Assembly (NCBI GenBank): GCA_028023455.1
Contig: JAQFVV010000007.1
Span: 13,888,001-13,952,000, forward strand
DNA: 64,000 nt
Reading direction: 5' to 3'
Source of the DNA: Epiperipatus broadwayi
Lineage: Eukaryota > Animalia > Onychophora
A program made the translations under genes and the position numbers. This document shows, in pieces, positions 12,867 to 27,100 of the stretch (position 1 is the stretch's first letter; the number at the start of each line of letters is the position of its first letter). The notes under the pieces were generated by a model, which saw only the letters and a list, made by a program, of their open reading frames with translations, searched no databases and had not been told where the DNA came from.

Positions 12867-13829
12867 GATTTCAATATGAAATGAAAGTCTGGTACGATGT
12901 ATTAAATAATTATTTATTTGGTTTTGATTGTCTATTTCAATTTTGTTTGTGTTGATTATTTTAAATTTTATAAAAAAGACAATTAACATTAAAGACAATT
13001 TTTAAGATTGAAATATGACCATTTGAAGTAAATACTCATTATATGGTAAATGACCAATTGCTAAAGTAAAAAATTAATTCTAAAAGTTTTACAACCAACA
13101 TTTTATTTTTTCAACACAGTATTGTTTAGAGACTAAGTCATTGTCAATAATACCCATAATCATTTACATCTATACTGTGGTACCTAAATGTAGATCCTCA
13201 AAAAGTAATACCGATGAACTACTTAAATTTTCTTAGCAATAGTCATTCCATTCATCTAGACCAGCCATAATAATAATATTGACTAGAACAATTCAGTGTT
13301 ATTTGTTTTGAAGATAATAATATTTCTGTATCTCATGGTACTGTTTTTTTTTTCTTAGATTCAATGAACTGACTGTCTAACCCATCTTGGAAACATGTGG
13401 GACAATTTTTCATACATTAGATGACCCTCAATTACATTTATAAGTAAACTTTATGTTATGCCATCAAATTGAGAATTAAATGAAGAAATGATATCACCAC
13501 TACTCTTTCATCTAAAATAATGCTTTAATGGATTATCAGATTAATATAATAATAAAGAAAATCAAAATTCATGCAAATTCTTTTTTCTGTATATGCTAAA
13601 TACATTGACCTATCAGTATATAGTGAGCATATCCATAAATATATACATTATCCCAATATAGTATGTCTATTTTTATGTAATCTTAAATATTATTATTAAT
13701 TATCTTATGCATAAAATCCTTATTTTCTCTGCTGTCTAATTGGTGAATGTATGTTTGTTTGTAAGGTTGTCACAACCAATTAAAAGTAATATTATGTTTA
13801 AGTGAACAAAATAATTCCACAATTAATAA

Positions 13830-14215
13830 AAAAAACTTAGAAAAAAAAATAGTACAGGTCCTTTTAATTACAGAAATATAGTATTTAAATCATGAAGAAA
13901 TTGTTATTACAGTACACAAATTCATGTTTGACATGTGATATTTAGTATGGAAAAAATAGATTTTATAATACTGTATCATTTAGTTTTGGTTAGTGTATAA
14001 TTCTGTTTATGTGAAGGAAGTTAATAAAAAAAATGCCTGAAAAAAAAATCAGTACATGTGTTTTTAACTACAAAGGTATAGTATTTATATTGCAAATAAT
14101 ATGTAAAATATACTACATAATTCTTGTTTGAAATGTGATATTTAGTGAGGGGGAAAATAAATGTTATATTACCATATTTGCAGTTAGTTTTGGCTAATGC
14201 ATAATTAAAGCAAAA
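13830..14215. repeat. Old about 200-bp tandem duplication
   Basis: aaaaaaaatagtacaggtcc...atgtgatatttagtatgg...ttagttttggttagtgtataatt versus aaaaaaaatcagtacatgtg...atgtgatatttagtgagg...ttagttttggctaatgcataatt, offset about 199 bp. Confidence 0.65.
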
Positions 14216-17200
14216 CAACAGCTTTGGGGCTTGTGTACAAATTTCATATTTATTTATACAATATTAAAATATTTTCTTTAATTTATATAAAATCTTTAAA
14301 AAAAAATTAAAGCTGCCAATTAGAATGTTGTTTATATAAAGCACTTAATCTTAATCTATTTTACATGAAAGTTTGTCTCTCAGCCTCATTAAAATCTTCT
14401 TCTTTACTTTATTTGCATAACAATTTTTACACATGGTAATATGTTTGTATATGAATATTAAAAAAAAAAACATTAAAAGTATTTCAATAAATAAGGAATA
14501 TAGACATAGGTACAATTTAATATATATACTTGCTTGCATTTATTATTGTATATTAATTTTGGTGCAATTTTGTAATTGGCTTGGTGTTGTAATTTAATAT
14601 GATAAACAAATTGAATTATTAGTATTAGTTAGTTATTATATGCATTTGGAAAACATTATAAACAAGTCTTCATCTACAAATAGACTTTCCCATCATTAAT
14701 ACAAAATAGATCAAATTCTTGAATAGAGAGACTCTAAAAATTATGTTATAGCAGTAAGCAGTAAATATTTTGTTGAAGACTATTTGTTTCATCTTTTTCA
14801 GATCTAATATGTCTTTGAAAAACTGTTGCAATTTTTTTTAAAATTGTGCATGCATATGTTTTTACTAATTATAAAAATCATTACAATTATTTTCTAGGAT
14901 ACTTTGTCCCTGAGAAAGACCCATAATGCTTCAATGAAAAACTTTTTAAATCTGTAAATAAGAGATTTTTAAAAGACATACAAAAACTGCATCCATTTGT
15001 TCTGAATACAACATATTTTTGTCTTCTATCAATAATTTCTGAAAAGACTTTGCAAAGATTGTTCACTTCTTAAAATATGAGAAAATTTTTAAAACACTGC
15101 ACATGTTGTGAAAGAAAAACTAGAAACTAGTTACCTGTTTGGGGCTTTAATTTAGTACAGTGCATGGGTAAATAATATGTAGCACTATATAAAACAATTT
15201 AGTATGCAAATTTTAAATAAAAAACAACATTTGTCTATATTAACAATCAAAATAACTAATATATTGTAATGACAGAAAAATGAGAGCAGTAAGAAAGGCT
15301 CTGTTATATGCCAAAATAGAAGATGCCAAATATATAATGAAATTAAAAATAAACAAAATAAAAGAAGACATTTGTATGCCTTATCTATGAATGCCAGATC
15401 TGTATTTATAGGAGATAAAGATCATGAGAACTCCTCTTGTTATTTTTTCAAGTCTTTGAGCAAGTGGAAATCTGTAATTGTACAAATAAATAAGTTTAAT
15501 TAATCTATTTATTATAATAACATACTAACATAATAAATAATAAAATCTGTAATAGAATAAATTGATCATATAGACTGTGTGTTTTATATACCCTATAAAT
15601 TACAGTGTTAAAATTATAATAGTATTAACTGTATAATACAAAATCTATAATATGAAATAGGCTAGCAAAAATTAATAGGGCTGAACAAGTTAAGTAACTA
15701 AATCAATAATGGTATAAATGAATAAAGGTTAAGCAAATTTTATTAATAAAGTAATCCAAATTCTATATTGGATTAAAATTTATTAATAATATTATAATAA
15801 TATATTAACTAGAAATTATACCAATTGATGATCATAAAACATTCTTTTCACTTTAAACATCACTCAATTCTATTATAACAATAAAATTTATATTTCTTTG
15901 TTAATTAGATTTTATATATTTATGTTAATAATGAAACTATAAATTATGATTACTTTTAATAAACAATAGTAATTTTATTTACAAAGTTAATAATGGACAG
16001 TTAATAAATGTGTTACAATAATTTAAATTAATATATCATAAAATATTATATTTGTTTAAACTATCAAAATGGTATGACACATTAAACATTATTTTCAAAC
16101 CAGAATAAAATATTCCTTTATCTATTATCCCAATATACAATATATAAAAATCATAAAAAATATTAATGTTATATTTTGCCTACTGACCATATATCAGCAA
16201 ACAAAACTAATTATTAAATAAAATCTGTTATGATTATTTAAATATAAAATATAGAATTAAGATTTTTTGGTTAATTACACATTATAGAATTACTCACACC
16301 CATGTATATGTTAAATGATCTTTTAGAATAAGAGTAATCTTAAAACAGTAATTCATATTTATCACAAAGTGTTCTCCAGTCATTTTCATTTAGTTCAAAA
16401 ATCCACAAGTCAGTCTGATATTTTGAAATACAATAATTCCCAAAAGAGTTTTTTTTTAGATTATCTAAAGTTTATTTAGCAAACTGATTATTAATAATTT
16501 CTGGCAAGATTTCACATTGTTGTTGATATTAATTAATCAATATTATTCCTTTATAAATGATAATAATTTTATTTGAAGTTATTATTATTTTATCCTTGTC
16601 AATTATTGGTTCCTTGACACAAACATGAATATATATATATATATGTGTGAGTATTAACTTCCATGGTTAAAATGTATCAATTTTCTAATTGCTAATTATT
16701 CCATGGTTTGGTATTAGTTTCACATATATTACCACATAGTAAATTTATCTTTTTTTTCTCATTATTTTTAAAAACAATTATTCCATTTGGTAAAGTAATT
16801 ATTATTCATTATCCTCAGTAAACCATTAATTCATTAGCACTTGATATACAGATATGGACACATGTATATTTACATTGTTAATACTTTATCATAATTCTTT
16901 TAAAAAATGCTCTCCATGAATGCTCTAGTAAATAAATTCATTTCTTTAGCTGTTATTTTAGGTTTCTCTTAAATATTAGATCTGTCCTGAAGTAAATGTC
17001 AAATCTTCCTATACAATCTTCCATTATGTTGTTTTACACAAAACATTTTTAATATATATATATATATATTGCTGCTTTAAAAATAAATACTATGATGACA
17101 TAGCATCAATGATGTGATTAATATATAACAAAAAACTTACCACATTTATACATGGGCATATATATTTTTATGTTGACTGATGCAATAATTATGTCATAAT

Positions 17201-18673
17201 TAAATACAATAACCACTGATAAAATCAAAATTTATATCTTTTATTTTATTGAATGATTAAAACCTTTAAATGAAGATCATTTGCACAAATCAGCATTCTT
17301 AAGCAAAATGTCTTCTATTAAATTTTAAAATAACAAACAAAATAATAACAATGACTTTTAAATTTATTTTTTTAACAAAAAAAAACTTTGTTTATTCTCA
17401 AAAATAATTATTATTACAGTAATATATTTTTTAATAACAAATATTATCTTTAAAAATATTATCAATTTTGAAATCCATCCATGCACATAAATATATACAC
17501 ACATATCAGATTATAATTTATCATTTGCCTATTTAAATATATTATTTTTTAAATATGTAGATAGACACAAAACTATTGTTTGCTCTTAAAATATATGTTT
17601 TCAAATCTGTAAATAACTTTTAAAATAAGGTATTAAATTTACCACATTATTTAAAAGAAAAACAAAAATAAAAGCAATTGTGAATTGTTTTGCATTTTGG
17701 TGTGACTGCAAAAATTTTAAATTTAAGATAAAATATAATTTGACAACTTTAAACAATCACTAACTCACAAAATCATGACAAATAAAAAAATTATATATAT
17801 GAAAATGCCTATTTAAGGCATAATATCAGGAAAGTACAATATATACTACAAATAAATTACAAATTAAATTGACAGATGATTATCTTTTACACAAACATTT
17901 TTCCTCATTTACTAAAAACAATAAAAAGAAAAGAGGAAAAACTACATTTTAACGCTGATATTAAAAGTATTTAATATATATATATTTAAATATTTTGACT
18001 AAATTGCAATTCAAGATGTATCTTTTTATAGCTAAATAATTCCTTTTTATATAAATTTTATTTAATAATTTGATAATACCATATAAATATATATTGTTTA
18101 CATGACAGTATACAATAAATGTACATGTTTATTGTAATGCACTCCCAATTAAACCTTATTATTACTAGTTATATCAAAGATTGGTCCAGTTGTAGATTGA
18201 GTTGAATTTATCATATTCGTATTTTTCTTTCAGAACCAATTCATTATTATAAATAGTATTTATTACATATATATATATATTTCATGCATAAATACTTAAC
18301 TAATTTATTCATTCATATACTATAAAACAGAATCTATTTTTATGTCTCACAAACTACATGTATCCAAACAATTTAGTTACATAATTCTAACACAGCATAA
18401 ATTTTTCTTTCTTTATCATACAACTCAACAGTAGAATTGAAACAAATATATGGCAATGGTAGTTGCAGTAGTGTAAGCAGAAATTTGGGAAAATAATACT
18501 AATTTCATTTGGGGCATGGTAATGAATCAATTAGAAAATGATCTAAGCTGCCAGTCACAAAAAGAAAGAGTTGGTCATTGTCCAGAATGTTGCACCCCCA
18601 CCCAAGGTAACACAGACAATTTTTTAAAAATTTTCAAGGCTAAAAATAGCTGTTATGAATAAAATATCCAAAC

Positions 18674-19190
18674 ATCATCATCATCAACCATTATCAATCC
18701 ACTGCAGGATGAAGGTCTCCCCAAGTTCAATCCATCTTCTCTGATCTTTAGCTTTTTTTCTCCACATCACCCCTTCACACTTTCTTATTTCATCCATCCA
18801 TCTCACATGTGGTCTCTTTCTGGGTTTTTTACAATCTTTTGGAATCCAGTTTAAGATTTCAATTGTCCATCTATTATCATCACTTCTAGCAATATGTTCA
18901 ACCCAACACCATTTCAGTCTTTTAATTTTTTCAATGAGGTCAGTAACTTTTGTTTGTTCTGTCACCCATATATTGCATTTTCAATTTCTTCATGTTATTG
19001 CCAACATGCACCACTCCATACTTCTTTAAGTGGTCTGATGTCTCTGTATTGCTCTTCTATTAAATGTCCAAGTCTCAGATTCATAAGTAAGAACTGGTAA
19101 AACATATGTATTAAAAACCTTCCTTTTCAAATACATAGGCACATTTCCTTTTAGTATCAAGTTATTTCTACGAAAAGCACTCCAATCAAG
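18674..19190 (-). mobile_element. 5'-truncated RTE-clade LINE 3' end with (GAT)n tail
   Basis: Translation WSAF...LKRKVFNTYVLPVLTYESETWTF...RSMEWCML...WVTEQTKVTDLIEKIKRLKWCWVEHIARSDDNRWTIEILNWIP...LQWIDNG* followed by (GAT)n. Same family as the 12.6 kb copy. Confidence 0.9.
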
Positions 19191-20726
19191 TTTAATTCTA
19201 TGATTAATTTTATCTATTATGCTTCCTTCTGTATTATTATATAATATATTTTATAAGTATAGAAAAGCAGTCTGACAGTTATTTTATTTTGTGTGTGTAT
19301 GCACATGCAATTACTTACACTAGCATATTTTTCCATAAAATTTGCAATATCTTTTGTGTTTCCATAGCCACCAGAAGTAGAGGATGTGAAGGAAAGAGAT
19401 GTCTGAAAAACATTTAAAGCAATTCTTTTAAATAAATGAGTAATGCTTGATATATCACTATTAGTATTCAGTTATAAAAAAATAAAGCAATTAAAATCAT
19501 ATTTGCTTTAACAATAACCAATAACTGATAATTAAAGATTATAGTTATTGTGTGTAAAAGTTTTCACTGTATCTGAAACTGATGTTTTGTATCATTTTGT
19601 TTTTCATCTAAATTAATAACTATAATAATCTAGAATTCTAAATACTTATAAGTTACCCAAAAAAATTCATTAACATAAATGGACACACAAACACTACAAT
19701 GTGATGCTGTCACTGTTAATTAAACAACTCAACTGAAAAAAAATGCATAGCATGCATGACATAATAACACACATGCGCAACATCAAAATTTATACATATT
19801 GAAAAGGTGTGTAATTTTGAAATGTGGTAATTATAATTTTAGTTTTTTTTTGGGATTTTCAGGAGAGTATTTATATCCCTAACCCCCCCCCTTCCCCGCC
19901 CAAGTGGCAACTAGAAGAATGGCTTTCAGATAAAAAGTCTAATATGATTAACAAGTAAACAAAGCTTCACCAAAAGTATCTAATGCTATAATCATGGTTT
20001 ATCAAATTAAAGATAAAATACGTGCTAATTAATCATGTAATGTTTTAAGAAAATTTGTAATTAATTTTGAAAGATGCAAATCTTGAAATTTTAGTTCAAA
20101 TAGCAAGCCATTTATTATAATTAAAGAAATAAATATATAATGATTGAAGGGTTAATCACTCCATTCTATGAGTATTGCACAAAAGCAAATGTAATTTTAA
20201 GTCACCTGCATCAAAAAACTTATTAAACTCTATGCATTTTTGCATATCCCAGATAAAAATAATTTCAAGTACACAAATCAGAATAAAAAGAGCATTTTTA
20301 CTTCACATTCTCAATCTGTTTTAAAAGGAGAATAATGTTGCAATATCTTTGATGAAGTTATTTAATCCAGTGAAGAAAATTGAAGATAAAATATATTGAA
20401 AAGATGAAAAATAATACATCTTATTATATTACTTTATCAGATATATTATTTAAGATAAACACAAACTCACATAGTTACTTTACTGCCAAATTAAAACTGT
20501 ACAATTTTTCAAATAAATAAAATGTTTAATGTTTTCAATTTATGTAATCCCCTACTCCCGCCTATATAAGTAAATATTAACATCAATACAAATATTTTCA
20601 TTCATGCATATAAATAAATCTATTTTTTTTTTAAAAAAAACTCTTATTAAAAACACTTGAAGTTTATGAAACTATATCTTCTGATAAATTTTAACAGTTA
20701 ATATAGATGTAAAGTAATTAGATCTC

Positions 20727-20731
<5 letters not shown>

Positions 20732-20806
<75 letters not shown>
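20732..20806. repeat. (TA)n microsatellite
   Basis: Uninterrupted TA run of about 75 bp. Confidence 0.98.
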
Positions 20807-20809
<3 letters not shown>

Positions 20810-21399
20810 ACCCTCACTTCTCGATATATGATATAACTTAAAATATGACTAGCTCAATTAAATCGTTATGCTTAGCTAAAAAATATATATAACTATCTTT
20901 AATATATTTTTATAATACTATATCTTATCAAATTTATTATAACTTATCAAAAATTAATATAGTTCAATATCATCTACTAATTAAATAAGTATTTACTAAA
21001 TCATGAGACTGTGAAGTGAAGTTACAATTGATAATTGAATTTACATTGAGCCAATGTCTTCCCAAGACATTATCTCAATGGCATAAGAATACTAATTACA
21101 TCTTTATTATTTCATTACTACATCTACAGCACTCTTATGTCTTTTATAAATTAACTACCTTTCATAATAATAGACAAATAAATCTCAATCTTTTGTTAAG
21201 GAAATATAATTAAATAATCTCAGGTTCTTCTAATTATCTTAAAGTAATAATAATTCGTGCAGATAGGAATGATAAGGGATTTAATATCAAACCTAAATAC
21301 ACCTAACTTACTCCAATAACACTAACTAACAAAAATAATCTTTAGTGTATAACTTAATCTTATCTATTTTTATTATACTATTAATCATTAAGAAAATAA

Positions 21400-22700
21400 G
21401 TAAATCATATACATGTTTTTCATTTCCATATAGCATCTTAATTTTAAAATATACTAAATTCTTATAATTTAACAATCTGTGGCAATAAATAATATTATAC
21501 TCTTATATTGTGCATTATAATTACTTTCTGACCATCATAATATTATATGTTAATGTCAATCAATTTCTATAAATTATATTAAGAAAATATTGTGTTTCTT
21601 TCTAAATAATAATAATAATAAATTCATATTGTGCAAATATTATGTTTATTCAAATTATCTGTTGTCAAATGCTGTGGTGTAAAATAATGAATTCGACACA
21701 TTTTAAAACAACTTAACAAATTTATTTACATCAACTTTAACCAATAACTTATTTACACTATTTACATTAAAAGTGGAAACCAAAGAAAAATAAAAAAAAA
21801 TAAGGAAAAAAAATAATACAAGTTTTTTTTACACTGTTACTATTTCCATAATCATAAATAAATAATTTATACATTCTTTAAATGTTTTATCAACAACATT
21901 TAATGAAGTTGATGAACTTAAAATTTAATAGATATCATTTTGTCATCAATTAATACAAGAAAATTTTATGTAAAATATCCTAAAATGTAACACATGTAAA
22001 TAAACAAACGTTAACAATTAAAATGTTACTTTACCTAAGTATTTCTGCTATTTATATTATAATGTACTAATATGTATTACATTTACTATTAGCATTACTC
22101 CAATGTCAAATAATGTATAAATTGATATAACTTTGTAATATAATAATAATTATTGATTATAATTATTTATTTCATTCTAATGTAATTTCATACTACATGT
22201 CTTACCAAAATATGCAATACGTATATGTTCTTTTAAAATAATCTTTAAAATTATTCAACAATTACCAATTTTATAAGGTATTATATTAAATAAAATTCTA
22301 TGATTCTTTTCTATTTAAACTATTACTCTTCTTAACTTGTTATTCCTATTCCTTCCTAATAAACTTCTATCTACAAATATCATTTTAACCTTATTCAACT
22401 TCAGAAAAACAGATGACCAATTTTAAAAAAAAAAATAATAATTATCCAAAACTCTCTTATACCTCATCATCTATATCCGATAAACCTTAAATCAAAATAT
22501 AAATTTCTATGTAAAATTAACTTAACTTATCTAATAAAATAAAATATAGATTTTTATATCTCTTACTAACTTGAAAAGAAAAATAATAACTTATACTAAT
22601 ATAATAAATCTCATTCCTAACATTGTAACAGAAAAATTAAAATTTATCCACGAAAGAATCATATAATTGTTTCTAGATTTCTCATATTACGTTGTATTAA
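21400..22700 (-). mobile_element. Possible very decayed Penelope-like element
   Basis: With inferred frameshifts the minus strand gives NLYFILLD, YR(Y)IDD (about 22465-22485), SLVSTFN (linker-like) and NIIYR...YYDGQ (GIY-YIG-like, about 21530-21585), in PLE order. Each match is weak on its own. Confidence 0.3.
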
Positions 22701-25109
22701 ATTTACATCATAAATTCAAAGTATGCATATTAAAATAAAACTGTTATTACTAATCTTATGCGTGTATATTATTTAAATATTTATACATTCATTCAACAAT
22801 CAAATAATATTTGGTTGATCTAAAGAAAACATATCAAAATACATTAAATTATTATTATTATATAATTTTTACCATAAATGATACTCTAATGTACAGTCCG
22901 CCATACGATGTCCTCCAGGATTATAGTTTTACAAAATAATTTCACATTTACACTCAACAATTATTCTTTAAAATATTATGTGTCGTATAATTATAAAAAT
23001 AAACTTTATGCAATGAAATGTTATATTAATATTTAGTTATTTTTTACAAAAAATGTAAATGTACCTTTCCTATCTTTAACAAATCAATCATTAATTAAAT
23101 ATTTATGTTAGTTAATAAATAAAAAACATATTACATAAAATCCAACGGTGTCTTCTTTCACCCATAATTGTTCTTTTTCCTAGGCACAAACTTTCATCAA
23201 ACATTACTTCCTTTTCCGGTATATCACGTGTTTTAAAAAGTTTTTATGAAATAAATGAAAACGTTCTTTTTTTAAAAAAATAAAATAAAAGTCAGTTCCA
23301 CCATAAACAAAATAAAATTAAAATAGTTTATAGGATCCGGATTCATTTCTTTAAGGAAAAATTATTTAAAAGTTATTATTTTTAGAATTAGTCAATAGTT
23401 TATAAAGTTCTTATTTAATTATTCTAAATTGACTTGGATATCCACGTATATTTTATTTGCGCATTCCTTAACAAATATCTAGGTAAGATTAATTTTAAAT
23501 TCTTCTGTACGACCAGCGTTCAGACTTTAATAATATAATAATTTTACTTATAGGTATTTCTTGACCAATTAAACTTCCAATTTATTTGCCTTTTAAAACT
23601 ATCAAAATTTAGTCTTTTAAACCACAAAGACTTTACAAGGCAAATATCTATATAATCATTATTATTTACCATATCTTTACCAAGATATATACTTAGATTT
23701 ATAATTTACAAATACTTTCTTCATAAAGAAGTATTTCTCTTTCTTTAAAATATCTGTTTTATCAAAATTAATTACAATCAACTTTTAAATTTACATACTG
23801 TCCAACATATTGCTTTTACCCATCTAGTAATTCTCTTAGTTAATCCAGCGTTTGTTAAATTTTTAGTATAATGTCTCCAATACATTTCATTCTTATACGA
23901 TGTCTTCATGATTATTTGATAGTAAATTGAGCTTTGATAGAGACGATCAATAGGAAATTATAATTAAATTAGCACTGCATATTTGACGGTAAAACTTTTT
24001 ATAAATTATTTAAAACCACTCTCTTATAATTTTAAAACGACTACGAGAGCGTCTATAATTTTACTTAGCTATCTCTAATAGCACACTTTACTTTAAAAAT
24101 TACAATCATAATCCCCTCCGAACAATTGAACCTTGGTTTTATACCGGAATAAACCTCCCACTTGATTGGTAAATTAAACAATCAACTTGCTAGCTTATTT
24201 ACATATTTTACCAACAATACAGAATTAAAAATAAATAATGACTTATTTAATATTTATTATTTATTACATTATTAAATTCTTAAATTAATCTTTATCATTT
24301 ATTTAAATCCATTAAACATTTTTTTAAAATATACTTTCTTACTTTATTTCACTTTTAACTTTTATAAGATTATTTTTATAAACAAACTAAGTCTATTTTT
24401 ATTCGTTATGTTTTTTAAGCAGTATTTTAAAATCAGATTTAATATTTCACATTAATTATCTTTATTTTTATCTCGTGATAGCCAATATAATACTTATAAA
24501 TTTTATAACAAAATTTTAAAATAGTTTCACAACTTTACTAAAAAACTCACAAGCATGTGTGTATATGTCTAACTAACATCTGTTTTACAACACAGATACA
24601 AACGCTTGTAATAATCTAAAAATAAACTAACAATTTCATTTTTTAAAAATAAATATTTTTTTAAAATAAACAATATATTATAACAACTTTTAAAATAATA
24701 ATTCGATATTATTAAAATCAAATATTAATCTTCTATTATGTACTACTAATTATTACAATATTTATATACACCTATTAAATATTAATCTTTATCAACAATA
24801 AATATATGCATTTAATTTTAACTTGTCTTTTTTAAAACTTTTAACTTTAAACATTTATTTATTAAATTTTTTAATGCAGTATTAATTATGGCCAGTTTTC
24901 CCAACCACATACTATTATCATCTTTATTGAAATGTCTCTCTCAAACATCAGCACAATTTTCACATATCAAACACTCATAAATTACTTGAATTACACTTTT
25001 TGAAAGATTGCTATTAACAAAATTAACATCATATAGCTAAATATATCTTAAATTTAAAATTTTTCAAACAGATTGATACAATTTATGGAGACCCATACAA
25101 AAGGGCACA

Positions 25110-25151
25110 ATATATATATATATATATATATATTTGTTTCCACTATATATT

Positions 25152-25194
<43 letters not shown>
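25110..25194. repeat. Interrupted (TA)n microsatellite
   Basis: Two TA runs (25110-25133 and 25160-25194) separated by a short interruption. Confidence 0.95.
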
Positions 25195-25201
<7 letters not shown>

Positions 25202-25479
25202 ATCCATAGCCAAAGGTATTGATTTGTGGCAACTAATCAGACATGATTTTACAGGCTGAATAAAAGCAATAGCAAACCTGTCCTAGCTCCTTTTCATTAG
25301 TGATAGCGTGGACTGGTTTGCTGTTGTATTCATGTCGTCTGAAACACTGGGTCTGATTGGTTACTGCACATCAATATACCTTAACTGTGGATTTAACATT
25401 GGATATATAATGCTGATCCATTTTAGTAATTAATTTATATATATAATACAAATAAAATGTCCATTAATTAAAAAAACTA

Positions 25480-27100
25480 TTGAAATAACAATAAAAATAA
25501 TGAATATAACAATGCTTAACTATTATAAACTGTGTTTCAATCTGCAGAAGTACTTTTGGTTAATTCCTTAACCTGTCTCAACTGCAGTCAAATTCAAAAA
25601 AACAAAGTGGAAGTAAACGTCATCAACCCAAATCTCATGAATCTCAAATTTTAATGTTAGTAGTTTGTGTATTATTTATACTCATTTTATTTCTATTTAT
25701 TAAAATTGCCTCCTTTTTTTTCTTTTATTATGGTTTCTCTCTTCATGAAGAATCTAACACTTTCAATATCAAACTTAAATTTACATATCCTTTCATGACC
25801 CAAAAAAACTGAAGCAGTCATTAAATCATTATTATTTTCACTTTCCACATGCTCCTTTAATCTTTTTTCAATACTGCAATTCCATTCACTTATATATGAT
25901 AATATACATCCACAAAAAATTTGATACACAACATTATTTTTATGCTTGACAGATATGATATTTTTAGAATTATTCATTAATTTTTTAACATTATTTGTAA
26001 CACAAAATGAAACATTAAACACATTCTTATATATATATATTCTTAAATAATTTCACTTGAGCATTTGAAATAAATGGAATAGATATTTATTTTTTTACTA
26101 TCAATCTTCAACTGCTTAAAACCATCATAATTCTTTGTAAATTGGCATACAGTGTTTTAATCTGTTCTATCTTATAACCAACTTTAAGCAATTCTTTGGC
26201 AAATATCTCAATATTTTTTCAATTTATCACACGGGTAATGATATACGTTTTCATTATGAAACAAAAAAGATCTAAAATTTACCATCTTATGCATAAGTGG
26301 TACTTTTGATTTACAATTTATATCCCCTTTTTGGCAATAGTTTGGTGATTAATTTATAACTTAACATTTTATTATCTCTTGTAATAATTAAATCCAAATA
26401 CTTAATACTTTTGTCCTGTTTCATTATAATAGTCCATTTCAAGCCATTCAAATTATTTAACTTCTCTTCAAATAAAATTATAGCATTGGTATTTCCACAA
26501 CAATTACATCATCCACATACCTTTTATAAATTTTAATATCTTTATAAGAACACATTTTTAAAATACTACTCTTATATATAGATAAAATAAAAAATTGCAA
26601 ACTTGTGCAACAACAGGAAGACCCTTAAGCTAACCTTTAGACATTTTATTATATCTACCTTCTAAAGAAGCAACACTGTTATCATCAAAAAATTTTAAAG
26701 AATCAATAGTAAATTTTATCACATATTTACAAACACCATTATTTTTAATGCATGTTCAATTATTTTTATAGAATCCACTCTATCAATAAATCCATACATA
26801 TCTGTTTCATCTAATGAAGCAATAACATCATTCTCATTAATCACTATATCTTTAATTCTATCAACAAAGTTAATAGATGAAGCAATAGTATTTTCTCCAA
26901 ATCCTGAAAAAAACTCTTGTAACAACTTACCAATAAATTTAGAAGTCTGATACATAAATAAATCACCAAAATCAATCATAATTTGCAAAGTATGACCTTC
27001 TTTATGTAACTTTATATTTGCAAAAGTACAAGGACATATAGTGCAGGAAGGATATATCTTATAGTACATATTATTACTTAAGACTTTATCCAGTGAAAAA
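25480..27100 (-). mobile_element. Penelope-like retroelement remnant 1 (RT + GIY-YIG endonuclease), pseudogenised
   Basis: ORF 26719-27069 has the PLE RT motif IASLDETDMY. Manual translation gives GLPVVAQVCNF, KRYVDDV (26505-26522), KSIKYLDLII and SKVPLMHK. ORF 25693-26022 has NNVVYQIFCGCILSYISE...KRLKEH...H...FKFD (GIY-YIG). Confidence 0.9.
25542..25587 (-). ncRNA. Hammerhead-like motif, family H4, in the 3' end of PLE 1
   Basis: CUGCAG-UUGAGAC-A-GGUUAA-GGAA-UUAACC-AAAA-GUAC-U-U-CUGCAG: 6-bp stem I, 6-bp stem II, palindromic AGUACU stem III. The core is degenerate (C3, the G8/A9 region and G12 altered; the 54.4 kb copy keeps CGAAA). Confidence 0.65.

Noticed and set aside
12505-12879. Plus-strand ORFs 12505-12879, 12558-12773 and 18894-19100
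   Set aside because: Antisense to RTE fragments, and the hydrophobic composition reflects AT-richness.
20870-24900. Mitochondrial insertion (numt) suggested by AT-richness and strand skew
   Set aside because: No recognisable mitochondrial protein, rRNA or tRNA motifs in manual translation or reading.
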